Source: a virus. Taken from it: DNA of 64,000 bases. How positions within the stretch are numbered: position 1 is the stretch's first letter; the number at the start of each line of letters is the position of its first letter. The position numbers were made by a program, and so were the translations under genes. Shown piece after piece: positions 10,440 to 21,711 of the stretch. The notes beneath the pieces were generated by a model. It saw only the letters and a program-made list of their open reading frames with translations, did no database searches and was not told the DNA's origin. The stretch is from positions 1 through 64,000 of the IMG/VR virus record IMGVR_UViG_3300010430_000003; one strand, written 5' to 3'.

Positions 10440-11582
10440 ATGTCGAAAGAGCTAGAAATGGAAAACCTTCTCAAAAGAGTTGCTGATAAATTTAAGAAAA
10501 AGAAACCACAAGCAAAAGATCCTTCGCAATATAAAGGATATTTTGATAAAAAGAAGAATTCTACAATTACGACTAATACTGCTGATAATCCTTTTGACAT
10601 GGAAGAAAGTGAAGAAAATCTTGATGAGAAATCCTTGGAAGAAGAAGGAGATGGGGGCGGAGGTGAAGGTGCTTCTACTGGGCAAGGTGGTGGTGGCTCT
10701 TATGGCTCTGAAGCAAGTGTTACTTATGACGGAGATGATGCCACATTCTGGGCTGGAAAACAAACTGGTAAACGCAAGAAAATGAAAACTGGGGGTCTTA
10801 CTTCTATGGGCGGTAATAAATATCTTGGTGAAATTATTGATAACTTTGAAGAGCAACAAGTTTCAAATTTTTTTGAAGAACTTGGCTATGGTGAGCTTTT
10901 TGAGCAAGTAAGGGGAGAAGTCTTGCAAGAAAAACAAAAACAGCAAGAATTTAATATTCTTTTGGAAAATTTATTTGAAGCTAACAAAAGACAAAAGGTA
11001 CCCGTTGGATGGCACATAGAAAGAATTAATAGATTAGTTAATGAGTTGCAAGAAAGATTTACAATAATTTTGCAAGGGAACGAAGATATAGATTTCTTTC
11101 AACCTATTATAGAAGAGCATTTGCAACAATTAGTTTATATTGCAAGTAGGATTGAACAAGATGATACAGGAAAATGGTTGGAAGAAGATTGGAAAGCAGA
11201 GCCAATCTCTGGTGCAGCTGATGAAGGTCCAACATGGGAAAAGAATTTAGCTGGTATGACAAAAATGTTAGATAATATGGTTACTGCTCTTAAATCTCTT
11301 GAAAAAGATAAGCCCGGTGCATCGGGCATTGATATTCAAGTATTTGGTGCTTTAAATAAAGCAAGAAATGCAATTCGACAAGGAGATATTGGAGTTGGAA
11401 TTCAAGCCCTCGCCGCAGTATTGAAATCAAACGTCCCGAAAAAAGTTATGAACATGTTATATCCAGTGTATGCAAATCTTCAAGATCTTCAGGGCGAAGT
11501 TGATGTCAGTAAGGTTAGCAGGGCAACAGATGTTTCTGGTGATGAAGATGAGGAAGTTACAGTCCCCGGTGGAATGGAATAA
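10440..11582 (+). CDS. hypothetical protein, acidic with a Gly-rich tract
   Basis: 380-aa ORF starting 2 nt after the upstream stop. Contains 'EEEGDGGGGEGASTGQGGGGSYG' followed by helical-looking sequence. Confidence 0.6.
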   Translation: MSKELEMENLLKRVADKFKKKKPQAKDPSQYKGYFDKKKNSTITTNTADNPFDMEESEENLDEKSLEEEGDGGGGEGASTGQGGGGSYGSEASVTYDGDDATFWAGKQTGKRKKMKTGGLTSMGGNKYLGEIIDNFEEQQVSNFFEELGYGELFEQVRGEVLQEKQKQQEFNILLENLFEANKRQKVPVGWHIERINRLVNELQERFTIILQGNEDIDFFQPIIEEHLQQLVYIASRIEQDDTGKWLEEDWKAEPISGAADEGPTWEKNLAGMTKMLDNMVTALKSLEKDKPGASGIDIQVFGALNKARNAIRQGDIGVGIQALAAVLKSNVPKKVMNMLYPVYANLQDLQGEVDVSKVSRATDVSGDEDEEVTVPGGME

Positions 11583-11597
11583 GGAAAAGTATAAATT

Positions 11598-14500
11598 GTG
11601 TCAATACGAGAACTATTTGAAAACTATGCGGGCTCCGCATTGTCGGCAAAAACCCTTCAATCAGCATCCGTTGATGTTGAGTCTGCTGACTATATTGAAG
11701 AATATCTTCAGAAGGCCAATCGCGTTTTACCATCAGTCGATTATTCCGATCCTCGACAATTTGTTAAGTATGGTTCGGCAGCCCAGTACTATGCGGAGTC
11801 CTTCGATAGAATAACTGAAGTATATCCCTTTGATGGTTCAAAGAAAGAAAGAATTCAATGGGAAAATAGTTCTTCACAATTTGATCTTTATGTATTTGAG
11901 AATTTATATCCAAGAACCAATGGTCATGTTATTCTTGGATATGATTGGTCAGAAAGTTCGACAGATACCTTCAATGGCAAGGGGTACTCCCTAGCCACCG
12001 CCCCCTCCTATATATCAGTTAAGGGAGTTATGAATACTGGTTCCTATAAAGGGAACCAAATGTCTGATTTATCAGATGGGTTCGAAAACTCCAATTACTA
12101 TAATACAGAAAAGAATAGAGCAGCAAACCTTAAATATGATATTGCAGGTTCTGGTGTTACTGTAGAGTTTTGGGCTAAGCATGGTTCCAATGTAGGTTCT
12201 GAAACCGAAGTCTTTTTTGATCTATGGAATGGTGTTATTTCTGGCACAGCCGATGATGCTTATGATGATTATGGTCGCCTTACTGTTGAAACATCTGGAT
12301 CGATTAGTGGATCAAATTCTCTCTATGTTACTGCACAGTCAGGAACAAATGGAATTTTTCAACAATCTCTTGGTGACTTCACTAGTTCAACAAATTGGAA
12401 TCATTATGCCCTTAGAGCTTATGCAGATTCTGGTTCTCATTTAGTAACAGATTTTTATCTCAATGGTGAGTTGAATGATTCACAGCGTTTCACGAGCGCT
12501 TCATTTAATGAAGTCACAGGCTCGTTGATTGCGCATGTGGGAGCCCTTCAAATCGCTCCTAGCGGCTCTTTGACACTCGCCGAGGGTTGGGCATCCTACA
12601 GCGGTTCGATGGATGAGTTTCGCTTCTGGAAGGTCAAGAGGACACACCAACAAATCGGTCGGAATTGGTTTACACAAATCGGCGCAGGAACTAACACAGA
12701 TGATGCAAATACTGACTTAGGAATTTATTATAAGTTTAATGAGGGAATTGTTCAAAATGATGCGAATGATTCAATTGTCATTGATTATTCTGGACGAACT
12801 TCTCATGGAATTTGGACAAATTATGTATCTGGCTCTCGTCAAACTTCATCTGCCATGGTTGAAGCGGACGTCGCCGAATCTGAGTTTGCAGACCCAATCA
12901 TCTATTCTTTTCATCCAACAGTCTCAACAGAAAGAACTAATTGGGTTGCAAGTGGCTCGAATTATGATTATACAAACAATTCATCAATCTTTAACTCAAT
13001 TCCTGCTTGGATTACCGAAGAAGATGTAGAGTTAGTTAAACTTACTCAAATCATGGCAAGTTATTTTGATAGTTTGCACTTGATGATTGAAGAGTTACCA
13101 AAGATTAAATCTATTCAATATCTTTCTGGTAGTGGTAATAAACCATATCCTTTTGCAGATAGATTGCTTATTGATGCTGGTTTCGATGATGGACGAGTTT
13201 TCTCTGCGATTGAAAATCTTGAAAAGCTTTCTGATCGAGATGAAGATAGAGAATTCACAGAAAAGCTTTATAATGTTAAAAATATTATTTATCAAAATTT
13301 GTATAATAATGCTGTTGATATTTTCAAAAAGAAAGGAACAGAAGATGCATTTAGAAATGTGATTAGATGTTTTGGAGTTGATGATGAATTAATCAAAATC
13401 AATTACTATTCAAATAATGAAGAATATCAAATTGAAGACAACTTCAAAACTATTTCTATTGGTAAAAAGTTCATTGATTTTAATCGAAATACACGCTTTA
13501 ACGGAAATGTTTATCAGCAAACATCCTCCACCGTACCTGAGTCAGTATCTTATGTTTATGGATCAGGGCTAGCTAAAACAGAACAATATGTTCCGTTCAC
13601 TGTTGAATCAGAAATTATCTTTCCGCTCAAGCCAGATCAATCAAGCAAGTTGTATCCGTCTTCGTCATTTCCAGATTTATCTTCTTCACTATTTGGATTC
13701 TATGGGCCAACTACAGGTACATTAACTGATACCACATTTGAGACAGGCACATTTGGTGTTGATATGCAGGTTTATGCAGTTCGAGATCTCATTGATTCAA
13801 AGAATATAAAGTTCGTTTTAACAGGGAGTACCTTCAACGAGATTACTTCATCTTTTATCGAGGATGTTTATGATAACTCTCGCTGGAACGTCGCGCTTCG
13901 AGTTGCACCCGTTAAACGAGAAAGTGCGGGCATCACAACTGGCAGTAATAGTGGGGAATATCTGCTTGAGTTGATTGGGTATAATTCTGTTTTAGATCAG
14001 GATTATAATTCAGTTCATCTCACAAGCACAGTTAGTTATGATGTTGGCAGCACTTTAGCTTCTGCTCCAAAGAGACTTTATATTGGAGCAAATAAAACAA
14101 ACTTTACTGGTGCTACGTCTATAAAATCAGATGTGAAAGTTGGACAATTTAGATATTGGTCCTCTTATCTTGATAATGATACGATTAAGAAGCATTCTTT
14201 CGATGTGCAGAATTATGGTTTGCAGAGTCCTGTAGTTGAGAACTATAAGACAATCCCCGGCTTGGATTTAAAATCCGTATCAGATATTGATACTCTTGCT
14301 CTGAACTGGGACTTTGAAAGAGTAACTGGTTCGAATGCCGGCGGCGAGTTCCTAGTGGATGATTTCACCTCCGGTTCGGCAGATCTTGTTTCAAGGTATA
14401 ATATCATTGGTAATGCTGTCAAAAATCAACATACCGGTATAGGTTACGGTTTTAATGGCAATGATGCGAAAGTTGTAGATAAGGAATTTATTGCGTCTGC

Positions 14501-16205
14501 AAAACTACAACGTCCAGATTCTCTTAATTCTGAAAATATGGTAAAAGTTCTTAAGAGAGATGATGAAGTTTATACTTTGGGAACGAGGCCAATTAAGTAC
14601 TTTATTGCATTTGAAAAGAGCATGTATCAAAACATTTCTGATAAAATGCTTGAATGGTTTGCAGGGGCGAGAGATTTTCACAATTTGATAGGCGCAGGTG
14701 CGAACAGATATTCGAGCCAATATTCAGGACTTCGAGTTCTAAAGAAACTTTTCTTTGAGAAGGTAGAGAATATACCTTCATCAGAAAAATATACTGAATA
14801 CTATAAATGGTTTGATAATTCAATCTTTACTTTCCTGAGAGATTTAATTCCTGCATCTGCCAACACTTCTAAAAGAATTAGAAACGTAATTGAAAGTCAT
14901 CTGTTTGAAAGAAATAAATACTGGACTAAATATCCAACAATGGAATTCTATGATGCAATTCCAACTGTGGCAACAAGAGCAATCAATGAGCTTAAATATC
15001 CATGGAAGTATGGCCACCATCCAGTATCTTTTGATGAAAACAGCAACTGTTTTTATTGGAAAGAAAGAGCAGAGAGAAGTGGATCTGTTATAACTAGCGG
15101 TGATAGTTTTGTTGATGATAATCGGGGTGCTTATCTTTCTGCCTCTATAGAAAGGCTTGAGAGAGATTATGGAACTCCCATTGATTTAACTTCTGATCTT
15201 TCTATTACTGATAAAGGGATGAATAGAAAAAGGAGTTTCACATTCTATAGAAGTCTACCATCTCTTACATCACAAAAAAGAATGTATACATCACAAACAC
15301 AGATAAAAGCTCTGCCTGTGTGTTTTGATGGCACAGAATTGGATAAACGATACCACGCCTTTGGTGCTGTGGTCACTGACAATACAGTTGAATTATTTGA
15401 AGGCAATCAAGTCTTTCCATTCTCAATTCTATCAGCTTCAATTAGCGGTGGCATCCACGATAAGTTTACCAGCAATATTGGTTTATCGATTGATGTGTCA
15501 AATTACCATAATGAATATTACAATGACTTTGCTTACAATGCTATGCAGGGTCCATTCACAAATAAAAGTGTGGGTGGTTTCAAAACTCTTCATCAAAATT
15601 TGAATAAAGATTTGAATGGTGCGACAGAGAGGGTTGAGAATAAGTATACTGTTTTAGAACCGGATAATAACAGAGTTTTTGTATATTCTGTTGACACAGA
15701 GCAAATTGAGAGTGATGTTGCAGCAGCAGGTAATTTAACAACCTCTCCATGGCCAAAAGAAAGATTTTGGAGAGAAGAATATGCAAAGCGACCGATTAAT
15801 ATCAGAAACATTGCAATTGGAACTGGCTCTTTAACAGAACTTGGAAATTATTTTCGAGAATATGATTATGTCATGACTCATGAAAACGATTACTGGTTTA
15901 GAGATCACACAGGATCTCTTCAAGAAACATCTCACACTGTAGTGAGAACTGTTGGAGATTCCAATTATCCTTATGAGCTTCCAAGAAGAGATGAGGTTAA
16001 GTACAAGACTAACATTGTCGAAAGGTTCAGTTCTCCCGGTGAAGTCAGAACAATGTCTCGTGGGTATCTCGATTTTAAATCAGAAACTAGAAGTCAATAT
16101 AATGCTCTCCCGTTTAGAAATTTAAGATATAGAGAGTTTATTAATGACCATATTAGTGGTACGGTTGTTGGAAATGTAATTAGTTCAAGTATTTTGGAAC
16201 TCTGA
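11598..16205 (+). CDS. giant tail/baseplate structural protein with LamG/concanavalin-like motifs
   Basis: 1535-aa ORF with a GTG start after an AAGGAAAAG SD. 'GSMDEFRFWKVKRTHQQIG' and 'VKVGQFRYWSSYLDNDTIKKH' resemble the C-terminal strand signature of LamG-type lectin domains. Confidence 0.6.
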   Translation: MSIRELFENYAGSALSAKTLQSASVDVESADYIEEYLQKANRVLPSVDYSDPRQFVKYGSAAQYYAESFDRITEVYPFDGSKKERIQWENSSSQFDLYVFENLYPRTNGHVILGYDWSESSTDTFNGKGYSLATAPSYISVKGVMNTGSYKGNQMSDLSDGFENSNYYNTEKNRAANLKYDIAGSGVTVEFWAKHGSNVGSETEVFFDLWNGVISGTADDAYDDYGRLTVETSGSISGSNSLYVTAQSGTNGIFQQSLGDFTSSTNWNHYALRAYADSGSHLVTDFYLNGELNDSQRFTSASFNEVTGSLIAHVGALQIAPSGSLTLAEGWASYSGSMDEFRFWKVKRTHQQIGRNWFTQIGAGTNTDDANTDLGIYYKFNEGIVQNDANDSIVIDYSGRTSHGIWTNYVSGSRQTSSAMVEADVAESEFADPIIYSFHPTVSTERTNWVASGSNYDYTNNSSIFNSIPAWITEEDVELVKLTQIMASYFDSLHLMIEELPKIKSIQYLSGSGNKPYPFADRLLIDAGFDDGRVFSAIENLEKLSDRDEDREFTEKLYNVKNIIYQNLYNNAVDIFKKKGTEDAFRNVIRCFGVDDELIKINYYSNNEEYQIEDNFKTISIGKKFIDFNRNTRFNGNVYQQTSSTVPESVSYVYGSGLAKTEQYVPFTVESEIIFPLKPDQSSKLYPSSSFPDLSSSLFGFYGPTTGTLTDTTFETGTFGVDMQVYAVRDLIDSKNIKFVLTGSTFNEITSSFIEDVYDNSRWNVALRVAPVKRESAGITTGSNSGEYLLELIGYNSVLDQDYNSVHLTSTVSYDVGSTLASAPKRLYIGANKTNFTGATSIKSDVKVGQFRYWSSYLDNDTIKKHSFDVQNYGLQSPVVENYKTIPGLDLKSVSDIDTLALNWDFERVTGSNAGGEFLVDDFTSGSADLVSRYNIIGNAVKNQHTGIGYGFNGNDAKVVDKEFIASAKLQRPDSLNSENMVKVLKRDDEVYTLGTRPIKYFIAFEKSMYQNISDKMLEWFAGARDFHNLIGAGANRYSSQYSGLRVLKKLFFEKVENIPSSEKYTEYYKWFDNSIFTFLRDLIPASANTSKRIRNVIESHLFERNKYWTKYPTMEFYDAIPTVATRAINELKYPWKYGHHPVSFDENSNCFYWKERAERSGSVITSGDSFVDDNRGAYLSASIERLERDYGTPIDLTSDLSITDKGMNRKRSFTFYRSLPSLTSQKRMYTSQTQIKALPVCFDGTELDKRYHAFGAVVTDNTVELFEGNQVFPFSILSASISGGIHDKFTSNIGLSIDVSNYHNEYYNDFAYNAMQGPFTNKSVGGFKTLHQNLNKDLNGATERVENKYTVLEPDNNRVFVYSVDTEQIESDVAAAGNLTTSPWPKERFWREEYAKRPINIRNIAIGTGSLTELGNYFREYDYVMTHENDYWFRDHTGSLQETSHTVVRTVGDSNYPYELPRRDEVKYKTNIVERFSSPGEVRTMSRGYLDFKSETRSQYNALPFRNLRYREFINDHISGTVVGNVISSSILEL

Positions 16206-16218
16206 GATAATTAAATAG

Positions 16219-17550
16219 ATGGGTATATTAGACAGCAAACCAAATACTAATCCTCGTGTTAGATTAACTTTTGAAGGTAATTCAGGATACGCTAATCAGA
16301 ATAGCGAGACAATTCCTGAATCTTTCATTACTAGATCGTCAGAAGATAACTTCTATATTAATAGACCAATTCCCGCCTCCGATCATCAGTATCGTTGGAT
16401 CTCCTCTTCCTTGTTATCAGATGACAGAGTTCTGTTTCCTTATGGATATGCCACCTCTTCTGCTGATATTACATTTGTCTCAAGCTCTGAGATAGCATTA
16501 GGAGTGCACACAACAAACTTTTGGACAAACCTTCTTAGCGAAACTGGTTCATTCACTGCTTCTGCCTATCAAATTGATTCTGATGCAAGAACTCTTGAGA
16601 CTCCCGACGGAATTGTCATTGATGCAGTTAGAGCAAGAGGATATTTATCAAGGATGGGTCCATATGCTTTTAGCGGGCCAACTTTATCTAGAGTAGGAGA
16701 ACATCCAGTAGCTCAATATATGAAAGAGAACAATAAACTCTTTATTCATGACGCTCCAAGAATCAGACAATTTAGAGATGATTCAAATAACATATATGTT
16801 TCTGGTGAAAAGAGAAATATTAATGGCATAGAGTATGAAGAACCATTAATTTCTATTAAGTATCACCCACTTATTCACAAGCTAAGTACTGCAACTTCTC
16901 AAAAGGGATTCTATGTTCCTACGAGAATGAAGTATACTCATGCCAATGATCTTGGTTATTTTGCAAACAAAGATATTGATGATAAATTAAGTGTTGAAAG
17001 TAATGTATATGTTATATATGATTCATTTACCAAGTTTTATCTTAAAGAAGAGCCTGAATTAGAAACTGTTGGGAAGTTTATCTCAATTAGATATGAGGAA
17101 ACTGTGTGGCCAAAAGAGGCAACAACCTTCCTTGAGAAAGCAAGAGTTAGAACCAACTTCCAATACAATTGGAGAAATAATAGAATAGATAGAACTGAAT
17201 ATAGTGAGTCAAACTCACAAGGTCATAATATCCCGACAGCATCAATGTGGCCGTTAGATGCTAGGCCGGGACCATATGAGACAGATTCTTTATTTACAAC
17301 AGCTTCTACTAATAACGGTGGAAACGTGGGAGAGCTTGCTTCTGTGACTTCTGTATTCCACAATGGAACAATCAGTAGATTAACAGCGAGCGCACTATTT
17401 ACAATGCCAATGCCTGATTCAAGCAGTGCAGGAGTTTTCTTCACAAATGATACGGTATTCAATTTATGTTCATCATCATTTGATACAAACTTGGAAATTC
17501 ACTTTAGTCTTGGTTTTGTAACAAGGGGTGTAACGGGGACATTAGGATGA
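16219..17550 (+). CDS. hypothetical structural protein
   Basis: 443-aa ORF with tight spacing in the structural block. Confidence 0.6.
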   Translation: MGILDSKPNTNPRVRLTFEGNSGYANQNSETIPESFITRSSEDNFYINRPIPASDHQYRWISSSLLSDDRVLFPYGYATSSADITFVSSSEIALGVHTTNFWTNLLSETGSFTASAYQIDSDARTLETPDGIVIDAVRARGYLSRMGPYAFSGPTLSRVGEHPVAQYMKENNKLFIHDAPRIRQFRDDSNNIYVSGEKRNINGIEYEEPLISIKYHPLIHKLSTATSQKGFYVPTRMKYTHANDLGYFANKDIDDKLSVESNVYVIYDSFTKFYLKEEPELETVGKFISIRYEETVWPKEATTFLEKARVRTNFQYNWRNNRIDRTEYSESNSQGHNIPTASMWPLDARPGPYETDSLFTTASTNNGGNVGELASVTSVFHNGTISRLTASALFTMPMPDSSSAGVFFTNDTVFNLCSSSFDTNLEIHFSLGFVTRGVTGTLG

Positions 17551-18509
17551 TTGGAATGATATTTGTTACATTGGGGGCCGCCGCAGGCGCTTTTTTAGAA
17601 TCTGTAATTTTGAGCCACTTTTTTAAAGGAGAGTCTCAACCGACCTCCCAAGGATATATTGGTCTTTTAACAGGGACTCTTGGGTTTGAGTACAGTAGAT
17701 ATTCAAACTTCCAGAATCATTTTAATTTAGGAGAAATGACCGCTTCTACAAATCCAAATTATTCAAGACAAACGGTGACATGGTCAGAACCCGATGGAGA
17801 TGGTTCAATACACAACGAAGTGGTAGTACAATTTAGTGCATCTGCAGGTCATACTGATACTATTGATTTTATAACAATTTATGATTCTGCAACAGAAGCC
17901 ACTGGAAATATTTTAATTACTATATTTCCTGATAATGATTGGAACACTGTTCTTACTCCCGATAGTCCTTTAAGTGGTGGGGATTCATATGAAATTAATC
18001 CCGGTGACTTAAGAATTGGTCACGGCACGCAATTTCTCAGTTTAACAAATGCTTGGGTTTCAAAGATGACTCCCTATTTGCAAGAAAAGATGTCAAGAAA
18101 ATTTTTGATGAACGAAGATATACCCGCTGCAAATGGACAATATTTAGGACTATTAACAGTCGTACCATCTTGGGATACTAACTTTTTTGATGGAACAAGT
18201 ATCACTTGGAACCCTGGACAAGAGGTTACTTCTTCTGATTATAATAGAACTCCTTTATCTTGGGGTGAGATATTGAATATTTCCACCCTGCCGGCATTGA
18301 GAAATACCAACAAGATTAAAATTATTCCTAATTCTAATTGGGGAACTTTAAGAGCGCTAGGTATATGGGATGCCCCATCAGGCGGCAATCTTTTGATATA
18401 TTCAATACTTGTTGATTCACAGGTAAGAGAGATGATTCCCGGTAGAGAAATTAATATTAAATCAGGCTCGATAGAAGTTTCTGAACTTAATACTGGAATA
18501 GGGTTTTAA
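17547..18509 (+). CDS. hypothetical tail protein with internal two-fold domain duplication
   Basis: 320 aa with an ATGA overlap. The halves 'GYIGLLTG...YSRQTVTWSEPDGDGS...ITIYDSATEATGNILI' and 'GQYLGLLTV...YNRTPLSWGE...LGIWDAPSGGNLLI' are visibly homologous. Confidence 0.6.
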   Translation: MIGMIFVTLGAAAGAFLESVILSHFFKGESQPTSQGYIGLLTGTLGFEYSRYSNFQNHFNLGEMTASTNPNYSRQTVTWSEPDGDGSIHNEVVVQFSASAGHTDTIDFITIYDSATEATGNILITIFPDNDWNTVLTPDSPLSGGDSYEINPGDLRIGHGTQFLSLTNAWVSKMTPYLQEKMSRKFLMNEDIPAANGQYLGLLTVVPSWDTNFFDGTSITWNPGQEVTSSDYNRTPLSWGEILNISTLPALRNTNKIKIIPNSNWGTLRALGIWDAPSGGNLLIYSILVDSQVREMIPGREINIKSGSIEVSELNTGIGF

Positions 18510-18518
18510 AGAGGAAAA

Positions 18519-18776
18519 ATGATACTAACAGGAATGGTTATAGTTTATGTTATCATGATGATAACATTAACAGTTTATGAACTTGGAAATAGTTATCCAA
18601 TTACAGCAAGGGGATTAATTATCCAATTTTGTATTTGGGGTTTTATTTATTTTGCAGGCTATCAAGCCGGACAAATAAATTATTTTGATTTAAATAAACC
18701 AAAAGAGCAACATATGAACTCGGAACAAACAGAAGAGTTTTTTGGAGATTGGAAAAATGTCAAGACCAATCAATGA
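18519..18776 (+). CDS. small membrane protein (two predicted TM helices, charged C-terminus)
   Basis: 85 aa. An AGAGGAAAA SD precedes the ATG. Hydrophobic stretches are 'MVIVYVIMMITLTVY' and 'LIIQFCIWGFIYFAGY'. Confidence 0.6.
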   Translation: MILTGMVIVYVIMMITLTVYELGNSYPITARGLIIQFCIWGFIYFAGYQAGQINYFDLNKPKEQHMNSEQTEEFFGDWKNVKTNQ

Positions 18777-21702
18777 TACAATTAACAAGCACACTCAAGA
18801 TGCAAAAGCGAAAGGTAAGGACTACTCTTTAATTCCTGAATTCAACATTTCTGAGCATATTGATTACTATATTGAGTCAAATGGCGGAAATTTCCTAGCT
18901 GATAACAATTCCCTATTTACTATCAATGGTGGTCAAATTGCCGATTCTGGTGAGGATCAGTTTGCAAAAGTGTATTCAAATTCAGACTTCCTTAAGGATT
19001 TCGCAAGAGTAAGAAAAGAACATAAAGACGAGGCACTACCAACAAGAATTGATTTGAAAGCCTCTGCGATCATGAAGTTTGTTCCCTATGAGGGCTTCTA
19101 TCCAGTTGAAAGGTGTGTAAAGTTGTCAGAGCTTTTTAGTCAAAGTTATGGAGACAACATTGAATTAACAGGCACAGAAGCAAATTATAGAACAGCCATT
19201 CAACCATTATTTGCTCCCGGTATTCTTTTTAATTCAATCAAGAGTGGTCTCGGTGTTTCAACGTTGTTGATGAGTGGTTCTTCTTTTATGATTGACACTG
19301 AATATGGGGATATTCAACATACAGCAGGTGGGAATAAAACAGCAAGATGGTATTTGAATTCTTTTCCAACCAGCACTGAAGCTATAAAAGATAAAGTTAA
19401 ATTAAAGAGACCATTTGAGACAATCTTGGAACCGGAAAGATATTTAGCTGAAACCTATATTCGTGATAATATTATTCACCCCTCTGGGATTCTTGATAGC
19501 ACTGCCTCATTGGGATCTGGAAAACCACTATATTCAATGGCGGCTCACAATTTTGTTGCCTCTACAATTGACTTTTTTATTAGAAACAAATCTCTATCAT
19601 CAATTGTGTCTGCTGATGATAATGACGCCTCCTTCTTTAATTTTGAATTGAAAAAAGAGTATAGGATGAGATTTTGGCTTCGCGGTTGCGATAATTATGA
19701 TTTGGTTTCTATCATTGATAATGCACAAGCTGACGCAATCTCTGACTTTGTCACTCTTGGTTGGGCAACTGATGAAGGTAACAAGATTCATAGAGCTTCC
19801 ATGGCTATGGCTAAAAATAGTTCAAGGGCCTATTCTCTACCAAATTTTGAGATGTATGAAAGACCATTTTTTGACACTGGTTCATTAGATGATACTTTGC
19901 AAGCAACTGATTATTCAAAAGCAGAATCATATATTCATGGAGGATCAGCTTTTGGACCTCCAATCAACTCCGCAATTATATTGGGCTTTCAGCAGGGTGG
20001 AAATAACGCCGGTTGGGGTCCATTTGGTGATCTAACCTATACAGCTTGGACTCCCCCTTATTATGAAGGTTTCGCGTACGTTGATTTGATTTATAAACCT
20101 GATGATAATGGCACCCTTCACAAAGATGGTGTTGATAGAGGGTCAGTTAGAAAAAGTCTGACAGATATTTTAAATAATGTAACAGCTTCCTATTTTCGAT
20201 ATTCTCAAACACCAGTAGTAGATTATTATAATTATGACTTTAGCAATAAAGTGATTTCGTCTGATGATATCACTGGAAGTGATATGTCAATAGGAAATAC
20301 TGGAACAACTTATGCCACTACTACAACTTCTATTACAATGCAAGTGGCAGATGTCATGAATTTATTCGGAACTATCAAGAACAAGAGTGTAAGTTATGAT
20401 GAAAACGGGAAAATAATATCTGTTGATGATGATACTACGGCAGGAAATAGATGGGTTATAAGTCCTAAATGGGAATTGCCAATTTTTGATTATACAAATT
20501 CTTGTATATCTGATTTACCCACATCGGGTTCACAAAATATTGGCAGAGGTGTGTGGCATAATTATGGAGAGGATCTCCTTCCCGAACAAGGGTTATTTAT
20601 GCAAATGACTGATTTCCCTAAGAAGTTCTTTAAGAAAGAAGATGCTGACACAATACCATCTGTTGTTGTTGAAACTAATACCGACACTACTGGCTCTTTT
20701 GCTGATGCAATCGGATTCACCCCCGAAGCCGTTAAGCTGGGACAGCTTAACGAGGGGTTTACTGTATCGGAAGCGATCGTTGCAATACCCTTTATTGATA
20801 ATGGCAATGATAGGGAGTTCTTTAAGCTAGATCAAGATTTGGTTGATTTAGCCATTCTTGGTGATACGTTCACTCTTAATGGAAGAGAAATTGCTGCAGG
20901 AATGTCAGTGAATAAAACAGTAGAATCAATGAAGAAATATGTTGTGCCACCCAAATTTGATTTTGTGAAATATAATGGAAAGGATGGAAAAAATAAAGTT
21001 GATCCAATTGTAATGTATTTCTTTGAATTTGATTATTCACTCTCAAGAGAAGACTTAAAGCGAATTTGGCATAATATAGAACCACAAGCCAAAATGATGG
21101 AGTCAGAGGTAACCATTGGTCATGAATTATTTGATAATGAATTAATGTCTGAATTTGAAGATAGTGTCCGTTGGATGGTATTTAAAGTTAAACAAAAAGC
21201 GGAATGGAATTATTATAGCAAAACCGCTGATTCATCTGATGACAAAAGATTTAAATTCAAGCTTGGTGTTAACGATGCTGTGGCCGAACCAGATTATTCA
21301 TATAACTGGCCATTTGATTTCATGTCAGTAATTGAGTATGGAAAGTTTGATGTCGCAGTTACTATTGAAACTGAAGAAGAATCATTACGCCGCCGCTCAA
21401 ACTTCATTTCAACAAAGAAATTTAACAAAGAGATAGTTGAACAAATTGATATTAGAGAAAGGCTGAAGAACTCTAGTTTGGGAGCTAAGGCTCTTAGAGG
21501 GAGCGTTGTTTCGAATACTACTTCTAGAAAAATAAAAGGAGGTGATGTCCAAGAAGTTGTTAAAAGAATTAGTAAATTACAAAACAACAATAAAGTTCAA
21601 AACAAGGAAGAAGAACTTAAGCAGGCTCGACAGGAACAACCTGCTGGCAGCGGAGCCGATATCAGGACGATTAAGCTGCCAGGCTCTCTTAAAGATAACT
21701 AA
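18757..21702 (+). CDS. large virion structural protein, function unknown
   Basis: The long ORF has a TTG start at 18742 in the track. The ATG at 18757, preceded by GGAGATTGG, is more plausible. No named motif. Confidence 0.65.
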   Translation: MSRPINDTINKHTQDAKAKGKDYSLIPEFNISEHIDYYIESNGGNFLADNNSLFTINGGQIADSGEDQFAKVYSNSDFLKDFARVRKEHKDEALPTRIDLKASAIMKFVPYEGFYPVERCVKLSELFSQSYGDNIELTGTEANYRTAIQPLFAPGILFNSIKSGLGVSTLLMSGSSFMIDTEYGDIQHTAGGNKTARWYLNSFPTSTEAIKDKVKLKRPFETILEPERYLAETYIRDNIIHPSGILDSTASLGSGKPLYSMAAHNFVASTIDFFIRNKSLSSIVSADDNDASFFNFELKKEYRMRFWLRGCDNYDLVSIIDNAQADAISDFVTLGWATDEGNKIHRASMAMAKNSSRAYSLPNFEMYERPFFDTGSLDDTLQATDYSKAESYIHGGSAFGPPINSAIILGFQQGGNNAGWGPFGDLTYTAWTPPYYEGFAYVDLIYKPDDNGTLHKDGVDRGSVRKSLTDILNNVTASYFRYSQTPVVDYYNYDFSNKVISSDDITGSDMSIGNTGTTYATTTTSITMQVADVMNLFGTIKNKSVSYDENGKIISVDDDTTAGNRWVISPKWELPIFDYTNSCISDLPTSGSQNIGRGVWHNYGEDLLPEQGLFMQMTDFPKKFFKKEDADTIPSVVVETNTDTTGSFADAIGFTPEAVKLGQLNEGFTVSEAIVAIPFIDNGNDREFFKLDQDLVDLAILGDTFTLNGREIAAGMSVNKTVESMKKYVVPPKFDFVKYNGKDGKNKVDPIVMYFFEFDYSLSREDLKRIWHNIEPQAKMMESEVTIGHELFDNELMSEFEDSVRWMVFKVKQKAEWNYYSKTADSSDDKRFKFKLGVNDAVAEPDYSYNWPFDFMSVIEYGKFDVAVTIETEEESLRRRSNFISTKKFNKEIVEQIDIRERLKNSSLGAKALRGSVVSNTTSRKIKGGDVQEVVKRISKLQNNNKVQNKEEELKQARQEQPAGSGADIRTIKLPGSLKDN

Positions 21703-21711
21703 AGGAGAAAG

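Noticed and set aside
11590-11596. TATAAAT, which matches the T4 late-promoter core, just upstream of the 1535-aa gene.
   Set aside because: It ends 1 nt before the GTG start. A transcript starting downstream of it would lack the start codon and SD. It is a single occurrence in AT-rich sequence.
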